From assembly GCA_041625575.1 (NCBI GenBank), contig JBFJTG010000007.1, forward strand, positions 1,879-65,878: DNA of 64,000 nt, given 5' to 3'. Below the pieces are notes generated by a model, which was not told where the DNA came from, searched no databases, and worked only from the letters and a program-made list of their open reading frames with translations. The stretch comes from Litorivivens sp. GTDB taxonomy: Bacteria > Pseudomonadota > Gammaproteobacteria > Pseudomonadales > Spongiibacteraceae. Below, one piece after another: positions 56,878 to 64,000 of the stretch (within the stretch, counting starts at the first letter, position 1; every line of letters begins with the position of its first letter). The translations under genes were made by a program, and so were the position numbers.

Positions 56878-58812
56878 TCAACTGTAGTCGTATTCCTCCG
56901 GCTTGACCGCCGCGGTCCACTCCCAAAAATCTCGCAGCCTCCATGGCGACAGGATGGTCACCTTGCCGCTGTCATTCTGGTACCAGCTGTTTTTTACGGA
57001 AGAATGCGACCACACCATATCGGACAGTTCGGTTTGCAGGCGCTCCTGATATTCGTCATGCACACCCTGCTTTACCGCCATCGCGCTGCGACCCTGCTCA
57101 AGCAATGACTTGATGGCCGAGAGCGCATAGCGCACTTCGCATTCAGAATGAAAAATCAGGCTGCCGCCAAAGGCCAGGTTGGTGCCGGGGCCGTAGAGGC
57201 AAAAAAGATTCGGGAAGTTTGGCACGGTGATTCCAAGGTAGGCCGCCGGATCTTCGCCCCACTGTTCATTGAGTTTGATCCCGTCACGACCAACAATCTC
57301 CATAGGCCATAAAAATTTGTTGGCGTGAAATCCGGTGGCAAACACAATAATATCGGCTTCAAATAAGTCCCCATTATTGTCTATCACGCCCTGCTCGGTA
57401 ATTTCACGAATACCCAAGTTATTCAGTTCAACATTGTCTTTTTTGAGCGCCGTCAGCCAACTGCCGTTGTCTTGCAAGGTTCTCTTGGCCAGCGGCACAT
57501 AGTCGGGAATCACCTTCGCAAGTAGCGCTTCGTCGTCTCCGACCTGCTGCTTCATCCAGTCAGTAAAGACCTCGCGCACCATCTCGTTCATCTCATTAAT
57601 TGAACGATCCTGATGCGGCCAGTTCGGATCTACCTTCAAGCTCGGCAGCAGACCGTCGCAGGCAGGCCAAAACAGAAGAAAGCGATACCAGCGCGAATAA
57701 AAGGGCAAATGTTTCATGCACCACTTGGTGCCGTCTTCAACCGCGCGGTGGTAATCAAGATTGGGAAACATCCACGGTGCCGATCGCTGGTAAACATTGA
57801 GCGTCGCAACCTCGTCAGCAATGGTAGGCACCAACTGGAAGGCACTGGCGCCGGTACCGATGACGGCCACACGCTTGCCGCGCACATCCACATCATCGCG
57901 CCACTGGGCCGAGTGCATGGCCACACCGGAGAAAGAATCGCGGCCTTTGATATCCGGCAATTTCGGGCGGTTCAACTGACCGACGGCGCTGATCATGGCA
58001 TTGCTGCGCAATTCACTCGCTGCACCGTGTTGGTCACGCACCGTGATAACCCACTGTTGACTGGATTCGTCAAACTGCGCTTTAACGACCTCGGTATTGA
58101 AGCGGAAATGTTCACGTACACCAAAGCGGTCCAGACAGTCTTCAAAGTAGCGCTGCAGCTCGGGTTGCCGGGCGAAATATTCTGTCCACTCGTGATTGGG
58201 CGCAAAGGAATAACAATAAAAGTGATTGCCCACGTCCACGCGGCAGCCCGGATAGCGGTTTTCATACCAGGTGCCGCCCACGCTGGCATTTTTCTCAATC
58301 ACGGTGAAGCTGATGCCCGCCTCTTTCAATCTAATGGCAGACAACACGCCTGACATGCCACCGCCAATCACGGTAACGTGAAAGTTCTCCCGCTCCCCGG
58401 CGGGTATCTTGTCCCAATCAAGCTGGCGCGCATCACCGTCAAGCTCCATTTCTTCAAGCATCATGGGCACGTAGTCCATAGGCACTTCTTCGGCCACAAG
58501 AAAGCTCATCATGCGGCGTATGATTTCCGGATCTTTGACCGGCACCGCCCGACAACCGCCATCGCGGTAGCGGGCAATCACATCCAGCGCCTGCGCGCGG
58601 ATTGCTGCCTTGTCTTCCTCAGACATGTAGCCCTGCACCTCGTTGAGGTAGGCACCCAACGGCCTGATTGCGCCATCGAGCAGCGAGGTATCGCCACTCA
58701 TGTGAATCATCGACAGCATCAGCGTCGGAATGCTGGCGTGTTCCAAGGCCGCTGCGATCGCGGCATTGTCATCTGTGATTTTTTCTGCGGCCGGAGCCAG
58801 CGCCTGGGTCAT
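56878..58812 (-). CDS. Type I Baeyer-Villiger monooxygenase (4-hydroxyacetophenone monooxygenase-like)
   Basis: GGGMSG, GGTWYENRYPG, fingerprint FSGVAMHSAQW, GTGASA, ATGF; long N-terminal extension, 644 aa. Confidence 0.88.
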   Translation of the reverse strand: MTQALAPAAEKITDDNAAIAAALEHASIPTLMLSMIHMSGDTSLLDGAIRPLGAYLNEVQGYMSEEDKAAIRAQALDVIARYRDGGCRAVPVKDPEIIRRMMSFLVAEEVPMDYVPMMLEEMELDGDARQLDWDKIPAGERENFHVTVIGGGMSGVLSAIRLKEAGISFTVIEKNASVGGTWYENRYPGCRVDVGNHFYCYSFAPNHEWTEYFARQPELQRYFEDCLDRFGVREHFRFNTEVVKAQFDESSQQWVITVRDQHGAASELRSNAMISAVGQLNRPKLPDIKGRDSFSGVAMHSAQWRDDVDVRGKRVAVIGTGASAFQLVPTIADEVATLNVYQRSAPWMFPNLDYHRAVEDGTKWCMKHLPFYSRWYRFLLFWPACDGLLPSLKVDPNWPHQDRSINEMNEMVREVFTDWMKQQVGDDEALLAKVIPDYVPLAKRTLQDNGSWLTALKKDNVELNNLGIREITEQGVIDNNGDLFEADIIVFATGFHANKFLWPMEIVGRDGIKLNEQWGEDPAAYLGITVPNFPNLFCLYGPGTNLAFGGSLIFHSECEVRYALSAIKSLLEQGRSAMAVKQGVHDEYQERLQTELSDMVWSHSSVKNSWYQNDSGKVTILSPWRLRDFWEWTAAVKPEEYDYS

Positions 58813-58908
58813 GAGTTCCTACCTTTGGGTTTTATCTTTGTGCGGGGAGCATACCCAGCCGCCGCGGCAGGTGACAATTACAGCTGTGTTATGTGCTTGT
58901 ATCTGCAC

Positions 58909-59094
58909 TCACTTGGGCTGGTCGCGATCACGCGGCCAATCTGAAAATCCCAGGAAAAACAGCAAGCCAATATTTACCAGGGGAACCATGGCCAACAGCG
59001 CCAGCCAGCCCGAGTAGCCCGCCTTTTCGCAGATTTTCCACAAAGGCAGGACGATCAGTAACAAGGTGAACAAAAAGCCCAGTTGAATTTCCAT
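58909..59094 (-). CDS. Small two-TM membrane protein
   Basis: GGAG RBS, LWKICEKAGYSGW...VPLVN...WP pattern, fills an intergenic gap. Confidence 0.75.
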   Translation of the reverse strand: MEIQLGFLFTLLLIVLPLWKICEKAGYSGWLALLAMVPLVNIGLLFFLGFSDWPRDRDQPK

Positions 59095-59185
59095 CTATAT
59101 CTCCTGTTGTCATTCAATCAATGATGGCAGACGCCAAAGCCTGTCACGTTAATTGGCACCAGACCCTGCCGCAAGGTAAAGTGCA

Positions 59186-60472
59186 GTGTCTGTCCAGAAT
59201 GTTGCCAAATCTATGAAAAAAGTCGCGCTTCACTGGCAAATTGCCATCGCCATCGTCCTTGCCATTATCGCCGGTAGTCTCACGGGCACCGAGTCGTCTC
59301 TGTTTGGGGTGCGCTATCACGCAGCCTACGGCTTCCTCGGCACGCTGTTTTTAAACGCTCTAAAAATGATCATCGTACCGCTGGTCACCGCATCCATTAT
59401 CAGCGGCATCGCTAATATTGGCGACGAAAAGGGGATCGGCTCGCTGGGCGGCAAAACCCTGCTCTTTTATTTCAGTAGCAGCCTGCTGGCCATTTTGGTC
59501 GGCCTGACGATGGTTAACATGATGGAGCCCGGTGTCGGTTCTGGCCTGGCCGGTGCACTGAGCGGTGATGAGTCCGTTGCCGAGGTGCTGACCAAGGTAG
59601 AAGGCAAAAGCACCGCCGATGTGGTGGAAGTCTTTATCCGCATGGTCCCACCCAACATCATAGCCGCAGCCGCCGAAGGTCAAATGCTGGGACTGATCTT
59701 CTTCAGTCTGTTGTTTGGCTTTTTTCTGGCTCGTAGCCGCTCACAGCAAACCGACGTTGTGCGCGACTTCTGGAACGGCATCATGGATATCATGACGCTA
59801 ATCACTTTGTGGGTAATGAAGTTTGCGCCTCTGGGCGTGTTCGGGCTGGTCGCCAAGACCGTGAGTGAAACCGGCTTTGCCAGCTTCCAGCCCGTACTGC
59901 TGTTTTTTATTACCGTAATTTTGGCACTGGCCATTCACAGCCTCGTTACCATGCCGCTCTTGCTGCGTTATCTCGGAGGCATAAGTCCTACAAAACATTA
60001 CCGGGCGATGTCACCAGCCCTGCTGACAGCCTTCTCGACGGCTTCCAGTTCAGCCACCTTGCCGCTCACCATGGAATGCCTGGAAGAAGCCGGCGTGTCC
60101 CAGCGCGTGCGCGGTTTTGTCTTGCCACTGGGCGCAACGGTGAATATGGACGGCACCGCTTTATACGAGTGCGTGGCTGCCATTTTTATTGCCCAGGCCT
60201 TCGGCTTTGATCTGAGCTTCACCCAGCAATTCACCATCGTCGTCGTTGCACTGCTCACGTCAATTGGCGTCGCCGGCATTCCGGCGGCGAGCCTTGTCGC
60301 CATTTCCATTATCCTCGGCGTCATTGGCATTCCCCTGGAAGGTATCGGCCTGCTGATGATTACCGACCGCGTGCTCGACATGATGCGAACCGCGGTCAAC
60401 GTGTTTAGCGACAGCTGCGCCGCCGCCATCATCGCTCGCAGCGAGGGCGAACAAACCAAACTGGCAGTCTGA
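59186..60472 (+). CDS. Dicarboxylate/amino acid:cation symporter (DAACS)
   Basis: FLNALKMIIVPL, AFSTASSSATLP, LGATVNMDGTALYE, DRVLDMMRTAVNV. Confidence 0.95.
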   Translation: MSVQNVAKSMKKVALHWQIAIAIVLAIIAGSLTGTESSLFGVRYHAAYGFLGTLFLNALKMIIVPLVTASIISGIANIGDEKGIGSLGGKTLLFYFSSSLLAILVGLTMVNMMEPGVGSGLAGALSGDESVAEVLTKVEGKSTADVVEVFIRMVPPNIIAAAAEGQMLGLIFFSLLFGFFLARSRSQQTDVVRDFWNGIMDIMTLITLWVMKFAPLGVFGLVAKTVSETGFASFQPVLLFFITVILALAIHSLVTMPLLLRYLGGISPTKHYRAMSPALLTAFSTASSSATLPLTMECLEEAGVSQRVRGFVLPLGATVNMDGTALYECVAAIFIAQAFGFDLSFTQQFTIVVVALLTSIGVAGIPAASLVAISIILGVIGIPLEGIGLLMITDRVLDMMRTAVNVFSDSCAAAIIARSEGEQTKLAV

Positions 60473-60494
60473 TCAATGAACGCGGGAATACACA

Positions 60495-61079
60495 GTGAAC
60501 ATGGCGCGCGCTAAGTTCTGCTCGGAATGTGGCAGCGCCCTGACAAGTACTGCTTTTCAGGGCCGGGGCGAAGCTATGCTTTGCGAGAACGGGCACCTGA
60601 CGCTACCGCCCGGTCCCAAAATTCTTGTCGCCTGTTTTATTCGCTGCGGCGATAAATTGCTGTGGATGAAACGCGGTAACCCTCCCCGCGCGGGTCACTG
60701 GGCAATTCCCGCCGGTTTTATGGAGTGTGGGGAAAATCTGCGTGAAGCCGCTGCGCGTGAGTTACGCGAAGAAACCTGCGTCGTCGTCCCGCCCGGGCAA
60801 CTCACGCCGTATATGATCGGCTCCATCGACTTCATTAGTGAGGTCTATCTAGGTTTTCAGGCGGAGGTCCCAAACGAGGATTGTGCCTGTGGACCGGAAT
60901 CACTGGATGTCGCCTTCTTTCGCGAAGACGAAATTGACTGGGACGAAGTGGCCTATCCCAGCGCCAACTTCGCGGTAAAAACGGCCTACCGCGAAGCGCG
61001 TGAAAAACGCTTCGGCATATATCACGGCAACTACACCAAAGAAGAAGACCGGCTGGAGCTGGTATGGCGTCCGGACTAG
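60495..61079 (+). CDS. NUDIX hydrolase with N-terminal zinc ribbon
   Basis: FCSECG...CENGH; Nudix box PAGFMECGENLREAAARELREETC. Confidence 0.88.
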   Translation: MNMARAKFCSECGSALTSTAFQGRGEAMLCENGHLTLPPGPKILVACFIRCGDKLLWMKRGNPPRAGHWAIPAGFMECGENLREAAARELREETCVVVPPGQLTPYMIGSIDFISEVYLGFQAEVPNEDCACGPESLDVAFFREDEIDWDEVAYPSANFAVKTAYREAREKRFGIYHGNYTKEEDRLELVWRPD

Positions 61080-61636
61080 AACAGAGCAACGCCCGACAAC
61101 CAGGGGTGGGCAAATACCAGTCCTGCAAATAAGACCAAACCAATCGCCGTCGATACACCCGTACCAAGCGCACCAAAGGGCGCAGGTTTTTTCCAATCCC
61201 CCACAGCTCGATTAATAAGAAATATTTCCGTCATCGCCCATAACCACAAACCACCAAACAGAATCAGGGAGCGTGGGTCGCTGTTAGCCAATAGATGCGC
61301 CATTGCCCACAGCATTACGCTGGTGAGTTGCGGGTGCCGCAGGTACTGCCGGATATCGGTCGGCGCTTTCGATGCAACAAACAGACAAGCCGCCAGTGCC
61401 ATCAATACCATCGAAATCTGCCTTGCCCCGGACAGGACATATAACGGTTCGCCTGGCCCCATCGTTTTCCAGCCAACGACCATGCAGTAGAGACTGATCA
61501 AAATAGGCAGCGAGAAAATCCCCTGATAGGGAAAGTGACCAACACGCGCGATCAAGGCAGCGCGGATATTCGGGACCAGCCGAATCGACATGTGAGTAAG
61601 AGACCAGATCAAAACCCCTGCAATCAAAAGGCTCAT
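61076..61636 (-). CDS. NnrU family membrane protein
   Basis: GVLIWSLTH, RHPQL, WAMAHLLAN, LFGGLWLWA. Confidence 0.85.
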   Translation of the reverse strand: MSLLIAGVLIWSLTHMSIRLVPNIRAALIARVGHFPYQGIFSLPILISLYCMVVGWKTMGPGEPLYVLSGARQISMVLMALAACLFVASKAPTDIRQYLRHPQLTSVMLWAMAHLLANSDPRSLILFGGLWLWAMTEIFLINRAVGDWKKPAPFGALGTGVSTAIGLVLFAGLVFAHPWLSGVALF

Positions 61637-61778
61637 GGCTCGCTCCAGATTTTGAATAATAATCGCACTTTACACTTTTAAGGCGCCGACGTGGAGCAGC
61701 GGCAAATTCGCCCCTTGTCAGTCACGCCCATTTAAAGGAACCTAAGGACAGAATCTCTAAAATGAATAGGGATATGGC

Positions 61779-62507
61779 ATGAGCAGAGATAAACTGGCAC
61801 TCATCATCGGCGCAGGCGATGCCACCGGCGGCGCCGTCGCCCGCCGCTTTGCACGGGAAGGCTTTATAAGCTGCGTCACCCGCCGAAAAAAGGAATCGCT
61901 AGCCCCCTTGGTAGAATCTATCGAAGCCGAGGGCGGTAAAGCACTGGCCTTTGGCTGCGACGCCCGCAGTGAAGATGCGACGATTCAGCTGTTTGAAAAA
62001 CTGGAACGCGATGTGGGCGATGTTGAAGTCGTGGTTTTCAATATCGGCGCCAACGTATTCTTCAGTATCACCGCGACCAGTGAACGCGTTTACCGCAAAG
62101 TTTGGGAAATGGGCGCACTCGCTGGTTTTCTCGCGGGTCGCGAAGCAGCTAAAGCCATGCTGCCTCGCAAGCGCGGCACCATTATTTTTACCGGCGCCAC
62201 GGCCTCAGTACGCGGCGGCAGTGGCTTCTCTGCCTTTGCGGGCGCCAAGTTCGCCTTGCGCGCCTTGGCGCAAAGTATGGCGCGCGAGCTGGGGCCTCAG
62301 GGTATTCACGTGGCCCACACCATCATCGATGGTGCAATTGATACCGACTTTATTCGCAGTACTTTTCCGGATGTTTACGCCCGCAAGGAAGAAGGCGGCA
62401 TTCTCAACCCCGAACACATCGCTGAACAGTATTGGCAGCTACACCAACAGCCCCGAGACTGCTGGACTCAGGAACTCGACCTGCGCCCCTGGATGGAAAC
62501 TTTTTAG
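61779..62507 (+). CDS. Short-chain dehydrogenase/reductase
   Basis: GAGDATG, FTGATAS, FAGAKFALRALAQSMARELGP, DGAIDT. Confidence 0.92.
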   Translation: MSRDKLALIIGAGDATGGAVARRFAREGFISCVTRRKKESLAPLVESIEAEGGKALAFGCDARSEDATIQLFEKLERDVGDVEVVVFNIGANVFFSITATSERVYRKVWEMGALAGFLAGREAAKAMLPRKRGTIIFTGATASVRGGSGFSAFAGAKFALRALAQSMARELGPQGIHVAHTIIDGAIDTDFIRSTFPDVYARKEEGGILNPEHIAEQYWQLHQQPRDCWTQELDLRPWMETF

Positions 62508-62518
62508 GACATCGACCC

Positions 62519-63112
62519 ATGAGCAAGACCGTAGAATGTTTTTTCGACGTCGGCAGCCCGGCGAGCTACCTCGCCTGGACTCAACTACCCGATATTGCCA
62601 AGCGCCAGCAGGCGCAAATCATCTGGAAGCCCATGCTACTGGGTGGCGTATTCAAAGCCACAGGCAATCAATCGCCGGTTGTAATTCCGGCCAAAGGTGC
62701 CTTTATGCAGGCGGATCTTGCGCGCTACGCCCAACGCTATGACGTGCCTCTGCAATTCAGCCCCTACTTTCCGATCAATACCCTGCAATTAATGCGCGGC
62801 GCTATTGCCTGCCAACAAATCGGCAAACTTGAAAGCTATCTGGACGCTGTTTTCCCGGCCCTATGGGTAAAGGCGCTGGATATGGGGCAGCCGGACATAG
62901 TCGCCCAGGTGCTGCGTTCAGCCGGTTTCGACCCGGATGAGATAGTTACGCTAGCCGGCAGTGCCGAGGTAAAAGCGACGCTGATAGCCAATACTGAAGA
63001 AGCTGTTGCGCGCGGGGTATTTGGCGCGCCAGCGCTGTTTGTGGACGACATTCTGTTCTTCGGCCAGGACAGACTGGACTGGGTCGAGCAGCAACTCGTC
63101 GCGAAAGCTTAA
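62519..63112 (+). CDS. 2-hydroxychromene-2-carboxylate isomerase / kappa-GST (DsbA family)
   Basis: FFDVGSPASYL, PMLLGGVFK, FPINTL, GVFGAP, FFGQDRL. Confidence 0.9.
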   Translation: MSKTVECFFDVGSPASYLAWTQLPDIAKRQQAQIIWKPMLLGGVFKATGNQSPVVIPAKGAFMQADLARYAQRYDVPLQFSPYFPINTLQLMRGAIACQQIGKLESYLDAVFPALWVKALDMGQPDIVAQVLRSAGFDPDEIVTLAGSAEVKATLIANTEEAVARGVFGAPALFVDDILFFGQDRLDWVEQQLVAKA

Positions 63113-63121
63113 CGCTTTTTC

Positions 63122-63139
63122 ACTATACGATCGTAAAGT
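63122..63139. promoter_or_regulatory. Palindromic operator candidate
   Basis: ACTATACGATCGTAAAGT, 8 of 9 pairs symmetric, 57 nt upstream of the ATG at 63196. Confidence 0.45.
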
Positions 63140-63195
63140 TTGTTGCTAAGCTTCAGCGAAAATAACGCCACTTTCTTATTACGCTGGAGGCCCAC

Positions 63196-64000
63196 ATGGA
63201 CAGCGAACGCCCCACCCCACTCGTCGAAGATATCGACGGTACCCGCCGCAAACTGGAAAACTGGTTCGCTAAAAACTTACACAGTGACGGCGCCGTCAGT
63301 ATTCCCGAGCTAAAAATTCCTGAAACCACCGGCATGTCCAACGTCACCCTGCTGTTTGACGTGAATTACACAAAAGACGGTAAGCAATTCAGCGAAGGCT
63401 GCGTGGGTCGGCTGCAGCCGGAAATAGAGCGCCCTGTTTTTCCCGAATACGATTTGTCCATTCAGTACAAAGCCATGGATATTGTCGGCAGCAAGACCGA
63501 CATTCCCGCGCCGGGCCTATTGGGTTTGGAGCTGGACACTTCTGTATTGGGTACCGCCTTTTACATTATGAAAAAAGCCGACGGTCGCGTGCCACCGGAC
63601 ATGCCTCCCTACAGCATGGACGGCTGGATGATGCACGACATCGGCCCCGCTGAGCGTGCGAACCTATGGAATGCTGGTATCGACACCATGGCCAGCTTTC
63701 ACAAGCAGTGCCGAGACTACAAAGCGCTCGGCTTTAGCTTTTTGGAGCGCCCGGAACTGGGCGCCAATCCCTTGCAGCAGCAATTAGCCTATTGGCAAAA
63801 CTACGGCGAGTGGGCGCTCGAAGGTCGCAGCCACAGCATTTGCGATCCCGCCATGCAGTGGCTGCTGGACAATCAGCCCAAGCAGGAAGAATTCGGCCTC
63901 AGCTGGGGCGATTCCCGCATCGGTAATATGCTTTTTGCCCAAGACTGCAAGAGCGTTAGCGCCATGCTGGACTGGGAAATGATTACCTTGGGCAACCCGG
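63196..64000 (+). CDS. APH-like phosphotransferase family protein (partial, runs off window; absent from ORF track)
   Basis: GGAGG RBS; manual translation gives TTGMSNVTLLF, LGTAFYIM, WGDSRIGNMLF (Brenner-like motif) and AMLDWEM. Confidence 0.88.
   Translation, partial: MDSERPTPLVEDIDGTRRKLENWFAKNLHSDGAVSIPELKIPETTGMSNVTLLFDVNYTKDGKQFSEGCVGRLQPEIERPVFPEYDLSIQYKAMDIVGSKTDIPAPGLLGLELDTSVLGTAFYIMKKADGRVPPDMPPYSMDGWMMHDIGPAERANLWNAGIDTMASFHKQCRDYKALGFSFLERPELGANPLQQQLAYWQNYGEWALEGRSHSICDPAMQWLLDNQPKQEEFGLSWGDSRIGNMLFAQDCKSVSAMLDWEMITLGNP

Noticed and set aside
57613-58353. 246-aa plus-strand ORF
   Set aside because: Antisense shadow of the BVMO gene
58872-58893. ACAGCTGT palindrome upstream of the BVMO
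   Set aside because: Only 8 bp symmetric with mismatched flanks; not distinguishable from chance
61951-62742. 263-aa alternative-frame ORF across the SDR and isomerase genes
   Set aside because: Overlaps two well-supported genes on the same strand; low-complexity composition with no motifs

Overview
This is core chromosome of a GC-moderate marine-type gammaproteobacterium. Gene content and synteny resemble Cellvibrionales such as Spongiibacter or Zhongshania, but that placement is inference. Left to right: glnE (truncated by the window edge), an orphan GspE/PilB-family ATPase, a DUF47-PiT phosphate uptake pair, a 2OG-Fe(II) oxygenase, a hypothetical membrane protein, a stand-alone molybdopterin oxidoreductase, argA and rsmE. 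Next come the Pil-Chp chemosensory operon (pilGHIJK-chpABC), gshB-tonB-yqgE-yqgF, pilTU, and yggS-proC-yggT-yggU-metX-metW-DUF4426-rdgB. After these are a degenerate 2Fe-2S/reductase gene, a TIGR03546/TIGR03545-type pair, fimS-algR-hemCDXY plus a small lipoprotein, argH and an RND pump. The last ~13 kb is a lipid/xenobiotic catabolic region (hydrolases, thioesterases, Fe-ADH, GST, BVMO, SDR, HCCA isomerase, APH-like kinase) containing a GTAG-family REP cluster. I saw no rRNA, tRNA, CRISPR array, prophage or transposase. The best candidate for an undescribed system is the TIGR03546/TIGR03545 pair, which looks like an AsmA-like lipid-transfer bridge with a dedicated membrane partner. Other leads are an inverted Pho box at the pit/ATPase-glnE divergent promoter, the orphan molybdoenzyme, and a truncated ferredoxin-reductase where hemW normally lies. 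All calls rest on motif recognition and recalled synteny; no database searches were run.
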